Shown here piece after piece: positions 11,620 through 24,933 of a stretch of 64,000 bases of DNA. The number at the start of each line of letters is the position of its first letter. The stretch's first letter is position 1. The notes beneath the pieces were generated by a model, which saw only the letters and a program-made list of their open reading frames with translations, was not told the origin of the DNA and did not search any database. Source of the stretch: Vicugna vicugna (taxonomy: Eukaryota); the NCBI GenBank assembly GCA_013265495.1, contig MU058259.1, positions 52,161-116,160 on the forward strand. The letters are read 5' to 3'. The position numbers and the translations under genes were made by a program.

Positions 11620-13460
11620 TAGCGACGGGAAGTACATTACAGGTTCTCTGATACAGCTTTTCATTCAGAGCAGTTCCTAGCTCAGCTTTGGCATATAGTT
11701 GCCTCCCCTTGGCTTGAACACTTCTATTAATGGCAATCCACTTCATTTTAAAAGGGCTCTAATTTGTGAGAGAGTTCTTCCTTCAGGTGACTCAACATTT
11801 ACCTCCCTGCGAGTAATGCACATTTGTCCTACTCATCGCTTCCAGAGCTAAATAGCGTAGCTCTAACCACTTTTCACATGATAGGCCTTCAAGTATTTAA
11901 ATACAGCTATTTCTTTCTGCTGTATGCGTTAGGAGATAGATATACCCTCTTCTCCCACTTTCAAGTTCAGAACCAAGTAGGAGACAGCCACTAGAACCTG
12001 GTAGGTGGAGATTAAAATATCAGCTTTATTTTTGAATCAAACATGCCCAGTTCTTCCAGACTTTCCCATTTAGAGATCTCACTACATGGAAGCATGAGAA
12101 TTGGAGAATAAGTGTTATTCCCAACTTTTTCCCTCAAAAATCTTACACTTTTACAGTTAAATATCCCCATTTCATTCAGTAATTCCTCATAAATATTTTC
12201 CTAATTCTTCATGATCTGATTTAGTGACTAAGTTCATATGTGCTCAAGTTAACCCAGAATACAATAGTACTATTACCTATTAGGCTGTTAATACAGCCTA
12301 AAATGGCACTTCTTATTTTAAAACTTGGTCAACTAAAACTCCTGGCTCTTTTTTTTATATACTGACATTTATCCAGTACTTCTTTTTTTTTTTTCAATTT
12401 TAGTTTTTAACTTTTTTTTTTGAATGAAAGAGTCTTTAAATTCTATAGTGTTTCACTATCCAGTACTTCTGTTGTTAGTATTTAGGCTGTTCCTATTTAT
12501 ATTGCTAGTATTTTTTAATGTAAATATTGGATTTTATATTTATACCTCCTGCATTTTATCCTTTTAGTGTAGAGCAGCATTCCCCAAACTATGTTTCCTA
12601 AAGACAGCTGAATGTTAATAAGCACTTCATGAATAAAGTGCTTTTTAGACAAATGGCTAGGCAAGATCTTGATCTGGCACCCTAAGGGCCTCAGTCCATA
12701 GACCTGTTTCATTTAACTCTGTTTTAAAACATGCTTTGAATGCCTTTAGCTGTCAAGCCTGCCCAGATCTCCATAGTCCTGACCCTCTGTGGTCTTATGT
12801 GTTGCCACCCGCCTCATTCTCGTGCCCCACCAAATCTCCATTTGCCATCTTTGAATCAGCATGTCTCTTTACTGTGGGATTTTTCAGTGGAGGCTAACTC
12901 TGGAGTTAAGCATTTCTTATTTGCACAACCAGAATCTTTGCCCCACCCCAGGGAAACTTCTTTTAATGACTAGTGTTTCAGAGAATACATTTTGGGAAAC
13001 ACCAAGCAATTTAGGCTCCTTGTTGCAGCCTGTTGAAAGCTTTGCAGGTACTGTATTCATCTTCCAGTCTATTAGTTATCTGTCCCAATTTTGCTGTCAT
13101 TGGAAGATGGAACAAGCCTGCTTTCCATAGCTTCTCTTTTGTTAATAAAAATGGGCATCAGGATAGAGCTTGATACTGAATCCAGTGACATACCACTAAA
13201 AGCCCACTTCCAGGCTACCGCTGATCTATTAATTAGCCTGAGTATGAAAGCTTTTTAACTTTGTCACATGCCTTGCTAAAAAATTTGGATATACGCCGTG
13301 TTTATGGCATAGTCCTGATTTCCCAGTCTATTAGTCTTATCAAAAGACAAATGAGATTAATGTAGCCAACTAACGCTGGCCTGTAGTGATTGCCAGATCA
13401 TTTTCTAACAGCTCAAAGGTACTTAGGAAATTACCTAAAAAAGTATCCAAGGGCAGCTCT
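11620..13460 (-). mobile_element. Fragmented ancient CR1/L3 LINE in the last BEND2 intron, interrupted by other repeats
   Basis: Degenerate L3-like stretches, e.g. GCCTTCAAGTATTTAAATACAGCTAT and CCAGTGACATACCACTAAAAG. Confidence 0.5.
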
Positions 13461-14039
13461 GCTCTTCTAGTTAACACCTCTCTTCCCCACTTTTTCCTTT
13501 GTCCTCCCACTTTCTCTAAAAGTGCTCCTTGAGCTATGTTGCTCTGTAACCTTCTGTTTCGGAAGTTGTCATCTAACTGCAAGATCTAAAGACTCTCATT
13601 CCTTTTGTCTGAGATAAACCAAGCAGTACCAAAAAATTTAGCTTCTTGCCTCTAAAAGTATGAAAGACACTACAGCCTCTAGTATGTTACAGAGACTTAT
13701 TAGCATGTTTCTATTTGATACAATGAATAACGTGCTAGATATGTGTTTGATAAATTTAAGAATGAGAGAAGTTTACATTGGGTACCAAAGAGAGCAGAGG
13801 GTTTCCATTCTGCTTATGTAGTAAGAGTATGCGATATTGTTGTTCTTTTTGTGTATGATTTAAGAATGGTGCTATTTCATATTATTATCCTTTCAGATGA
13901 AAAGATTTGTTTAGCTAACTTAATAATAGCGATAGTCTATGTGTTTTAATTAATTAAAGTCTTAATGACCCTTTCACAGACACAGCAATAGCTTTAAGGT
14001 TAAATAAATTCATTTCTCTGAGAAGTGATTTCTAAGTAA

Positions 14040-14225
<186 letters not shown>

Positions 14226-15049
14226 ACAGAGTCAGAGCCAAGAGATACTGACTTAGCTCACTGAAGTACCTGAATGTCAGCCATCTGGATTTTTCTTTTT
14301 ACTTTTGTGTCTTTTGCATCATCATTTAAGTTTCTTGAGTTATAATTCCAAAATTAGCCTGTTGTAGTGGCTTTGTAGTTCTGCATTCACACCTAAAGAA
14401 ATAGCCACTGTTCTTTGTCTGCCTACAAGGGAGGCGGAATTGCATTAGGAAGATGTGTAATGTTTTATCCCATGAGCAAAGTGATGTGCAGTATTCTGAT
14501 AAGAAGCTGTGAATAAGGGAATGGTAGTAAAAAGATAGTTTTCATTGCTGTTTTAATGAAGAATGAGAATAGCACATTTATCTCTTAATGGCAGATGAAA
14601 TCTGAGTGTCAGTGACACAGATACAGGCAGTGAGGTAGTGAGCCATTTTTGGATAGGCAAACCATAATGCTGAGCGTAGGAACTTACAGGTAACAGACAC
14701 TCAATATTGTCAAGTGAATTGTCACTACAGAGCTTAGGTTAAGCTATACTGATTCAGAAGAGTGTTATGGTTTACATATAACCAAAACATCCATGCTGCT
14801 TTCTTATATATCTATCAGTAGGGGATTCATATGATTGACTTCATATTGTTTGACGTAAGCTTTCCAGAGATGAGACTTACGTTCTTTTGATTTACTCCTG
14901 ATAAGAACAGAATTCTTTTAACTACTTCCTGATAATATTTTATCACACAAGTTTACTAAGAGTCAACATAGAAAATTGTATCAGGAGACTTTGTTGAAGT
15001 TCCTTTAGTCTCAAACCATTAGAAAAGACCAAAAGAAAGAAAAAACTTT

Positions 15050-15460
15050 CCCCCACATTTTTGCGACATTAGTTCCTTGTGTTCTTTTTGATGGCCATAC
15101 TGACAGTTGTGAGATGGTGATTTGGATTTGCATTTCCCTGATATTAGGGATGTGGAGGAACTTTTCATATTCTTTTTGGCCATCTACATTTCCACTTTTG
15201 TACAAATGTCTGTTAGTTCTTCCGCCCATATTTTAAATGGGTTGGTTGGTTGGTTGGTTGCTTTTTAATTAAGTACAGCTGATTTAAAATGTATTTTCCA
15301 GCATACAGCATGGATGGAGTTGGAGGGCATTTTGTTGAGTTAAATAAGACAGACAGAGAAAGACATACCGTAAGAAAGATATCTCTTACATGTGGAATCT
15401 AAAAAATACAACTAACCAGAGACTGTAACAGAAAAGAAACACTCACAGATGTAGAGAAGG
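15050..15460. mobile_element. L1 3' fragments in opposite orientations (ORF2 end on -, 3' UTR on +) in the putative BEND2 3' UTR
   Basis: 15050-15240 is the antisense ORF2 C-terminus (IREMQI..). 15305-15460 is sense GCATGGATGGAGTTGGAGGGCATT...TGTGGAATCTAAAAAA. Confidence 0.7.
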
Positions 15461-16063
15461 AACAGTAAGCTAAGCAGAGATAGTTTAAGATGGTGTTATG
15501 TGATCAGTTGGTAGAATAGATACATATTTTCATATGATACATATTTTGAAGATTAAATCCAACTTTTAGAGTATTTTAGTGAAATACAGTATAGTTTTAT
15601 AGAGATATAAGATTTAACTTTTAAGACTCTTCTCCAAACAAATAATTTGCTTTAGTTGCCTTTAGCTTAATAAAACTACAGTAGTTCTATGTATATCTAT
15701 ATATGTTTAGGCCCTGCCTACAGTGGTCTTAAAAATAGATAATTCAAGCTAAAAAATCTTCCAGATTTTTAACTTGAGAGTAATTCATCTAAGTTAGTCT
15801 TTGGCTTCACCATTCAGTTTCACAGATAATTTTACAAACTACTAGTAACAGAGTTAATATGGCAAAGTAAAATTATATCCTAGGCAAGATTAAGTTTCAA
15901 ATTGTACATGCAGATTTCAAATTTGATTTGTATTTTGTGGTATCTGACATATTCCCCGGATTAGAAGCAAAATTACAAAAACAAAAACTTCATATTTGCA
16001 GAAGTTTTTCAAGGTTTATATGGTTAACTTTATTATGGTGGTTGCTTATATAAGTTACTAGAC

Positions 16064-16279
16064 CAGCTTTGTCTAACAGAACTTTCCACCATGTTGGTAG
16101 TATTCTATAATTTTATGTTGTCCAGTATTGGTAGTGTCTAGCCACATGTTCCTTTGAGCACTTGAGATGTGGCTAGTTACACTGAGGCACTAAAATTTAA
16201 ATTGTATCTCGTTTTTAGCTAATTAAAAATTAAATTTAAATTACCACACGTAGATAGTGGCTACTGTACTGGATAGCAT
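16064..16279. mobile_element. MER3-like hAT-Charlie element
   Basis: TGTCTAACAGAACTTTC...TAGCCACATG...GAGCACTTGAGATGTGGCTAG...GTGGCTACTGTACTGGATAGCA. Confidence 0.75.
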
Positions 16280-16559
16280 GTTTAGAATGCTTTATTTTCT
16301 TTAAAAAGTGTTTAAAATTGTCCCTACAGTTTGAGTCATAATAATGTACACATAACTTCTTCAAAATCACACTGATTGAGCAAAATAAATTTCATAAAGG
16401 TGTTTCAGATCTTATTTGAACAAAATCCCACCTTTTCTATCTTTAACATTTCACAGGTTAATTCTATTACTGTATTAGTTCAATGTTAAACATTTTAAAT
16501 GCCTGTTCATAAGACTTGTTTTTGATAAATTTATCTTTAGTATATTGTTTTGTTTTCCA

Positions 16560-16620
16560 AATAAATACAATAAATAAACATTTTCAAAATTCTTAATACA
16601 GATGCTTGGGGTTTTTTTTA
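16560..16620 (+). terminator. Candidate BEND2 polyadenylation signal cluster
   Basis: AATAAA at 16560, 16569 and 16573, followed by a G/T-rich stretch at ~16607-16620. Other AATAAA copies at 15669 and 16384. Confidence 0.45.
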
Positions 16621-17802
16621 ACGTAGTTATTTTATGGAACTTTTACTAATGTTATCTATAGTGTTTTTTTTTATTTAATGATAACATTTTCCAGCCAGTT
16701 TCATAAATGTGGCAGTTAGAATTTTTGCTTTCTTGCTTGATAAGCAAAACAGAATAGTCTCACCCAGTAACCATAATTTACCATTGTGGGTGTAATTGTA
16801 AGGGTGTTGAAAACTGGAAGTGTTTTGTCCTTCCTGGATAAAATACGTGTTACTAAAGCATATTATTTTATACTTTAATATTTTTAAAATATATGGCAAT
16901 ATTTAATTTTGGCCAGCAAGACTTCGGTTTTCAACTATGGTTTTCACTTTTCTTTATAGTTTATATCCACATCTGGTAAAGAAATATCTCTGCAGCATTC
17001 TACAACAGGGGCAATCTAACCACATTCACTCTTTTGTAGGAGTAAAGCGTTTACCACTCCTTCCTTCACTCTTAACTTATTTTGACTCACAATATGTTAA
17101 ATTTGCAATGAATTTTTTTTTACCATGATGAAGAATCTCATCCACTTTGAGACATAAAAATTGGTAATCTCAAATAATTAGTAAAATTCATTTGGGAGAT
17201 CGATGGGTGACAGGTACAAATCTCAGTACACCAAAAACAAGTGGGCAAGAAATACTTTTTTTTTTGTTTTTACTTACATAATTGCAGTTTTTATTATTAA
17301 TATTAATTTGGGGATGCTGGTTGGGTCATCTGTCAAGTTTTTTTTTTTTAAACCTTAAATACCCAGCAGTCTCTTATCACATACCCAGATTGCTCTCTAC
17401 ATGCACCAGCCTTCCATTATGTTTATAATCAATGGTCTAAATTCAGCCCCTTAAAAGCAGCCTTATAAGTGGGTAAAATGAATTAAACGAGTACCACTTA
17501 TAAGTTGACTGTAATATTTTTTTTTCACTTTTCATATATTTTAGAGAATTGCATTGTTGACAATGGCACCTGGCGTTATATTATGGACACCTATGTACCT
17601 TTCATCTATAGTCACCAGTTGTTAACATTTTGGTCACATTTGTGTTCTTTCTCTCTTTCAAACCAAATTACCAAAGGCCAAATTACCACAATTTACTGGC
17701 AGCCCCTGCTAGGGTCTCTTAGCATAAATAATCCCTGTAAATCCATATCTGAGCTCATCACAGAAAAGTGGCTTTTTCATAGCCCAGATTACAGTTCAAT
17801 TT

Positions 17803-17831
17803 CACACACACACACACACACACATATATAT
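17803..17831. repeat. (CA)n(TA)n microsatellite
   Basis: Directly visible. Confidence 0.9.
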
Positions 17832-18301
17832 AGGTGTTTTTTTTTGACTATTTGAAAATTGTAGATAGGACACTTCTATCTCTAAATATTTCAGCATGTA
17901 TCGTCTGAGAACAAGGACATTCCCCTACATAACCACAGTACAATGATCAAACTCAGGAAGTTTACCCATTATGAAAGATGATTAATGTACAATCCACATG
18001 CAAATATCCCCAGGTGTCCTAGTAAATGTTCTTTCCAGGTGTTTACTTTTGGATCCAGAGTCCTTTTGAGGCTCTTCCAGCGCACTTGGTTGTCTCCTTT
18101 GGTCTAGAACATTTAAGTAGGCTTATTTTGCCTTTCATGACACTGCCATTTTTGAAGAGCCTACGTCAGGTTCTGCCCTACCCTTCCTGCCCCAATGTCC
18201 TCCAATTTGTATCTGATTGTTTTCTGGTAATTAGACTCAGGTTAAACATCTTTGGCAGGAATACTGCAATAGGTGATGTTCCAATGCTGCCGTTTATAAT
18301 A

Positions 18302-19265
18302 TATATTTTTTTTTACATTTTTTATTGATTCATAATCATTTTACAGTGTTGTGAAGAAATACTACTTTTATTTTTCTATTTTGATTATACAGCTTCCAGA
18401 GGATCTGGCAAGCCCCTCTGGCCCAATACCCCCTCCCCCGGGAGTCACTGTGGGCGGGGCTACATTTTAGCTCCCTCGCCCAGGCGGGACGGCGGGTCAC
18501 TTCCGGCTTTGCAGGCGGGTGGGCCGGGGGCGACTCTCAGTCTCGGTTAGGAATGAATTCCCCTGCCTGGGCCGGAGCAGGGGAGCCCTGCACCCGGTAC
18601 TGCCTTCTCTCTGGAAGCTACCAGCCTCGCCCATGCCCCCTCAGCTCCAGCGCTGCTGCCCGCGCAGCTTCCAGGGGTCCGCTCCTCTGAGGTGGGGCGA
18701 GAGGAGGTCTCGCCAGCTCCTTGCCTGGGTGGACAAAACAGGCTTCCGGGCCGACAGAAGTCCTCGTTTGAAGACCCCGACGAGTTCCCTGGTCGGAGTG
18801 CTGCGGCTAAGCGAAGCGGCTGTGGGGACTACCACCACTCGGGCCCTGCAGGTAGGAACTCAGTCGGCCCAGGCCCCAGTGCTAGTTGTTGCAGCCCCTC
18901 GACCCCTTCTCAGTCAGATTCCCAGTGGGCAAGACTGCAGATTTCCCCGCTGTCCCTGTGAGGCGAGACCAGAGTCGGGGCTCCTACAAAGTGACCCATG
19001 ATGTTGGGGTATCTGGCTGCCCCACCCCCACCCCCTGAGGAACCCGAGGCTCGGGGGAATCTCCGTGTGGCGCTGCGCTGGCCTAGGGGAGGGGCAGTGC
19101 AGTGTGTGTAGCCACCTCTCTTTCCTTTCTGTACAGTCTGTCTTGGTCTCTATGGTGCAGGAGTGCTTCAGCCTCACCCCTGCCGTCTGGGGTTCTCTCA
19201 GTGTTGTCTTATTCTAGTGAGGGTGCGCAACGTCGGCGTGACCTATGATGCCATCTTGATGGCGT
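18302..19265 (-). mobile_element. L1-type 5' UTR (~18390-19265, a different family from 1-934) juxtaposed to a ~50-bp L1 3' terminus with poly(A)
   Basis: The minus strand begins CAAGATGGCATCATAGG (YY1-type start), is CpG-rich for ~870 bp, and ends CACAACACTGTAAAATGATTATGAATCAATAAAAAATGTAAAAAAAAA. Confidence 0.6.
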
Positions 19266-19721
19266 CAGTCAGGTTTTGAGCCTCCATACGCTGGGAGGAG
19301 AAACTTCGCTTTAGTCACTCAAGGCTTTTGAGTTCCCCAAAATTGCTAGGAGAGGACTGAGGACATGAAGGGTGATAGGTTTGGGAGAATACCAGTGGGC
19401 GGGTGTTTTCATCCTTTTCTTCAGAATTGCTCCTAAGTTTCAGGGGTCTTACACCGTGCCAAGACTGGGGAGAGGGTTTCCGAGTCAGGTTCTTGTCATT
19501 TTTCTTAGCCATCATCAGCTAAGGTATCTCTTTGTCCCTTCTAGCCTGTAGTCATTGGCCCAGAGCCGTTCTTCTTTCTGTCCAATAGACCCGTTTGGAT
19601 GGAGCAGCTCCTATCTCTGCTCCTTCCAGGTCCCTCTGGAGCTCGCGGGGATTGTTTGCTGCCGCTTCATTTTTTTTTTCAATCACTGGAAACAGGTATT
19701 ATCCAGTTCTCCATATACTTC

Positions 19722-20292
19722 TGTTACCAAACTAGGTCGTATGGACCCCGACTTGGGACCTAGCCCAGCGGAGGCCCCGTGCCTAGTGGAGAAGTTTCTT
19801 TTTTCGTTTGGCTTTGCTCAGCCAAAAGGAAACCGAAACAGATCCAAGCCGCGCAAGCTTTATTCAATGACCAGAGGATGGAGAAGCTGGAACTTAGTGC
19901 CTAAATCAACTTTTCACCCAGGGATGATTAAGGAAGATTTTAAGGGTGAGGCTAATGACGGGGAGGCATATGCATTGATTGTATGGTAATAGGTGGGGTT
20001 CTTCCTGGTACTGAGCTGCCACCTCTCTTTTGCCCTCTGGCATTTGAGTCCGAAGCAGGTCGAACCATGGTTGAGGACAGACGGAGATCTCACTATTATA
20101 ATGATGATAAAAGCTGCAGGGCGAACTTGGTCCCACTTTTGAAGCTGAACCAGCTTGCACCACTTTTCTTGTGGGTAGACGCTTGTTCCTCTGCTGTAAC
20201 CACAGCTTGAGGTTATGGTTAGTTGTGGCTTTCCGCAAGTTTACCTGGAGGAAGGGACAGGGTTATGGTTTGGGGCAACCATCTTGGTAACG
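19722..20292 (-). mobile_element. Solo LTR, ERV1 class (571 bp)
   Basis: Inverted ends TGTTACCAA ... TTGGTAACG. 4-bp TSD CTTC at 19718-19721 and 20293-20296. AATAAA on the minus strand near 19860. Confidence 0.85.
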
Positions 20293-20384
20293 CTTCCATG
20301 TAGGACCAGCTACATAGTTTGCAGGGCCCAATGCAAAATGATGAATTCAAGTTTGATACCTTTAAATAGCAAAACAAATATAGT

Positions 20385-20845
20385 TTTTTTTTAACATTTT
20401 ATTTTGGGATAATTTTGGACTTACAGAAGAGTTGCAAAAATAGTACAGAGTTTCCATACACTTTTCACCCAGCTTCCCCTAATGCTAACATCTTTCGTAA
20501 GTACGATACAATTACCAAAACTCAGAAATTAACATTGGTATAATACTATTAACTCCAGACTTTATTTGTATTTCACCAGGTTGTCCGCTAACATTCTTTT
20601 CTGCTTCCAGGAGTCAATCCAAGGTCCTATATTGCATGTAAGTCTCATGTCTCCTTATTCTCCTCCCATCTGTAGCAGTTCTCAGTCTTTCCTTGCTTTT
20701 CCTGACCTTGACACTTTTGAAGAGTACTGGTCAGTCATTTTGTAGGATGTTCCTCAATTTGAGTTTGTCTGATGTGTTCTCGTGATTGGACTGAGTTATG
20801 CATTCTTGGACATCATAGATAACATGCTCTTCTCAGTATCACAGC
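20385..20845 (-). mobile_element. Old L1 (L1MC-like) 3' end; a related fragment lies at ~17840-18280
   Basis: TTTTATTTTGGGATAATTTTGGACTTACAGAAGAGTTGCAAAAATAGTACAGAG... Confidence 0.7.
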
Positions 20846-21132
20846 CTTTTGAATTTTTCAATGAAACAGTTATAAGAAGTTATAAGAAGATTCCCCAAAT
20901 CATAGAGCTGCTAGTACTGAAGCCAGGACTAGACCTCAAGCCTCGCTTTTATGGTAGGGTTGTTAGTACAAACCTGTAAATCCTTTCATGTATTTTTCAG
21001 TACTACTGAATTATTCATCAGTTGCCTTTTAGGATTGTGACTGCTGAGTGCTTGTCTGGCCCCTGTGCAGTGAAATAGGGGAAAGGAGAGGCTGGGCGAT
21101 CAAAGGACAGAAATCCTACAAGAAAGATAGTA

Positions 21133-21389
21133 CAGTTGACCCTTGAACAATGTGAGAGTTGGGGGCTCTGACCCTCTACAAAGTCAAAAATCCACAAATA
21201 ATTTATAGTTGGCTCTCTCTGTATACCTGGTTGCTCTGTATATGCAGTTCCTTTGAATCCGAGATTCCACACTGTGAATTCAACCAACCACAGATTGTGT
21301 AGTATTTACTGTAGTATTTACTATTGGAAAAAAATCTACATATAAGTGGACCCACCCAGTTTAAACCTGTGTTGTTCAAGGGTCGATTG
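21133..21389. mobile_element. Tigger2-family (Tc1/mariner) MITE
   Basis: TIRs CAGTTGACCCTTGAACAA ... TTGTTCAAGGGTCGATTG, flanked by a TA target duplication (21131-21132, 21390-21391). Confidence 0.88.
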
Positions 21390-22689
21390 TACTTTCAAAT
21401 GTCGTGAAATTGAACACTTGCTCAGTGTCCCTGCCACTTCATGGACGGCAGTGGTGATGGTCATCATCTAGTGAGCCCCAACTATATGCCAATTCTCAAC
21501 TTAGCATCATCACCTCCCACTTCTAAAATCTCTGCCTTGCAGAAGAGAAGCTGAGAACCACATTTCCCAGAACCCTGTCTCAGTATGGTTGTGATATAGA
21601 GTTTGTTGATGAGGTGAACTTGCATGAAATTTGAAAGTGGAAGAAAAGAAGCCATTTTTCTCAACAACTGGGACACATGGGCAGGCTGAGATTTACCGAG
21701 GCTTCCTGAAGAATTCGTGAGAATTACAAACTTCTTGGGGTAGGGCGAGGAGATTTTCAGCAATTCTTTAGTAGCTTCTCAGTAATCTTTTGAGAATTTT
21801 CCACCTTGGTGTTTCAAGGTGAGGTCTCCACTGTCTGTTTCCTTGATCTTTGGTGGCACCTTCTTTGACCTCGTCTTTTCTACCTCTTTTAATAGTCCAG
21901 TAAACCACTAATTCCTGAGCTTCCTGAAGGCAAACATTGTGTCATCAGTGCCTAATACAGTGATCTCAGAGTAGTAGGTGCCCAGTAAACAAAGACATTC
22001 CTCATTCACCTTGTCTCACCATGCCTGAAATTCTATCATTAGTTTGATTTCTTTGATTTGAGCCCAGTTTGACCTTTCCCCTTGTTACAAGTTCTGTGTA
22101 TTCATCCTCATGAAGCTGAACTAGTTAAATCCATTCCTCAAAGTGATTTGGGGTGTGAGACCATGAGGACTTCTTAGTCTTGAGAGGGACTTCTACACGA
22201 AGATAAATGTGCAATAAAGGTTGCAGCACTCTCTGTAATAGAGTAAAAAATTAGAAACAATGTGTTAAAAATAATTTTTAAAAAGGTAAAATATGCATCT
22301 CCTACGGTTATAAAAGGAACATGTTAGAGACTTTAACTCCTTACTAATTAGGGAACTGGTAAGATGTCACAACCATTTCAAAGGACAATCCAAAGAACAG
22401 AAACATTTATAGATTAGGAATATTCAAATTAAAGTGCATATGGAGGCAAAATTGGCTTCTCCCATAATTGGGGAGGAAAGTCAATGGAATCTCCACCAGG
22501 CAATTTATTTGCAAATCTATGGATAATTATTTTGCATTGCTGTCAGTTATATACAATTTACAGAATGGAAAATCAGAATCAGATAACCAAGAGCAGTGTG
22601 CTCTAAACAACGTGCAGTTTTCCACTGAAACACAGAATTTTCCCTATGAGTGTAAATCTCCATTAATAGAGAACTGGTAACACAAATTA

Positions 22690-23676
22690 AAAAACTGCTA
22701 CTATAATGGGAAAATATGCATCCATTAAAAAGAATGTGGCAGATATTAAAGTGAAAAGCAAGTCCTATATTGAAAATACTCACAATACATATGTCTGATA
22801 GAGGTCTTGTATCCATTATGTATTAAAAATTCTATAAATTGATAGCAAAAAGATGAACAATCCAATTTAAAAATGGGCAAAATACTTGAATGGACACTTT
22901 ATAAAAGAAGATATAGGAATGGTCAATAAATACATGAAAAAGTGCTCAATATCATGGGTTATCAGGAAAATGCAAATTAAAATTGTGTGGAGATACCGGC
23001 ATACGCCCACCAGAATGGCTACTGTGTAGGGACTGGCAATACAAAGTGCTGACAAGGATTGGAATAACTGGAACTCCATACACTGTTGGTAGGAGTATAA
23101 AATGGCATAGTCACTGTGGAAAAATGTTTGGTAGTCTCTTATAAAATTAAACATACAGTACCTATGACCCTCCAGTTATAAGCATATTCTCAAGAGGTGT
23201 GAATGCATATGTCCACAGACAGGTTTCTAAAAGAATGTTCATAGTAGCTTCATTCACAAGGGACCCAAGCTGGAGACAACCCTAATTGTGGTGGGAATAC
23301 CACTCAGGAACAACAACAAAAAATCCCACAGAAATACTAATACATGCAAAAACATGGATGAATCTCAAAAATACTATGTTTCATGAAAGGATCCAAACAC
23401 AGAAGAATAGCTACTATACGAGTCCGTGAATGTGAAGTTTAACAGGCAAAACTCATGGTTGGTGTTGGGAGTCTGAGTAGTGATTACCTCTGTGGAGAGT
23501 GGTACTGACTGGAAAGGGCATGAGAGAATCCTTCTAGGGTGATGGAAATATTCTACATATTGATCTGATGGTGGTCACATGAAGATATACATATGTAAAA
23601 AGTCCTCAAGTTGTACTTAAGTTATGTGCATTTATTGTATATCAATTATACCTCAACAAAATATTATTAAAAAAAG
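22690..23676 (+). mobile_element. Old L1 (L1M) ORF2 end plus 3' UTR
   Basis: AAAATGGGCAAAATACTTGAATGGACACTT...CATGGATGAATCTCAAAAA...AATTATACCTCAACAAAA. Confidence 0.8.
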
Positions 23677-24877
23677 AGTGTAGTCAATCTAGATAAACTG
23701 ATTTAAAATTGTGTCCTGTCTCACAAAGACATCTTTTAAGTTCAGACAGCAAGTCAGAGAACAGTAAATGTAACACAATTCCATTTACATTATTAAAAAC
23801 CATTTATGTGTGGTTATATGTAAGATGTGAATGCATCACAAAAGATGGAAGATACTTGTCTGGGTATTAACTGGCTATTCTGGGCAGTGGATAACAATAG
23901 GTGTGGAGAGACATTATTGTTTGAGTAATTTACAATGTAAATGTATGCATAATTAAAATAGGCTAATTTTAATTCAAGTTATATTCACAGAAAATGGAAT
24001 ACGTGATCTAAAAGAGAAGTGTGGAAAAGTACAGTTATGCAGTTGGACCAGGCTGGCCCTGAGGTCTCAACTGGACATCTTTTGAGAAAAGGTTCCTCTG
24101 GTAAACAGTGTGATTTTAGTCAGTTCTATATAAAGCCAGAGCTAAAGGTCTTCTGTGAATCCAGTCTAGTGCTAAAATACAGTTTGGGTCTTTCACACTG
24201 CAGGTCATTTCCTGTCAGTGGATGGTAAAATCAGTTTAATGAGTTGGAACTATCATTTAAAGAAAATGAAATACAATAGAATAGAAGATATCAGAGGGCA
24301 GTATTATTTTGGAAAATTTTTTATTTGTCTCAGTTTTGTATCTATGCTGTATTTAGAAACTGGATTGCCATGTAAAATGCGTTTCTTAGACCACAATTCA
24401 AAACTATTTGAGAGCCACTGGCTCTAGTAACTTTAACTCTGCTCTGTTTCGCTCACTGCATTGAGAAGTGCAGGTGACTGGATTTCCCTTGGTCTGTAAT
24501 TTGGAGAGATTTGGGGGACAGTCCATGGGAATGGGAATGACTTTCCCTTTGGCTACAAGGAGAGCACTAGCCTCCCTTCGATCGGAGTTACAAGTGACTC
24601 CTTTAAGGGATGGCCTTTGGCATCCAGATCAGGCTTGGGAAGCAGGGGTTGGACCACAGTGGGTTGAGTTAAGTGGAATGAACTTCCCTGCCCTTACATT
24701 CCACCCGTCATCTGACCCTTGTAATACTTGCTTTTTAATCCTTGAAATTCATGTTATTTTTTTTTAAACAAAAGCTATTTCAAATGTCTGTTTAAAGGAA
24801 ATACAAGCTGCCAGCCTTCAAGATGTAGGCAATAGTAGGTTTCTTTTCTTTTCCCATCTTAAGTATAGGAAGAATGA

Positions 24878-24933
24878 TGTGTGTGTGTGTGTGAGAGAGA
24901 GAGAGACAGAGATAGAGACAGAGACAGAGAGAT
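24878..24933. repeat. Compound (TG)n(AG)n(ACAGAG)n microsatellite
   Basis: Directly visible. Confidence 0.9.

Noticed and set aside
18519..19177. ORFs of 65-160 aa in the second GC-rich block
   Set aside because: No recognisable domain; expected by chance in GC-rich L1-UTR-like DNA.
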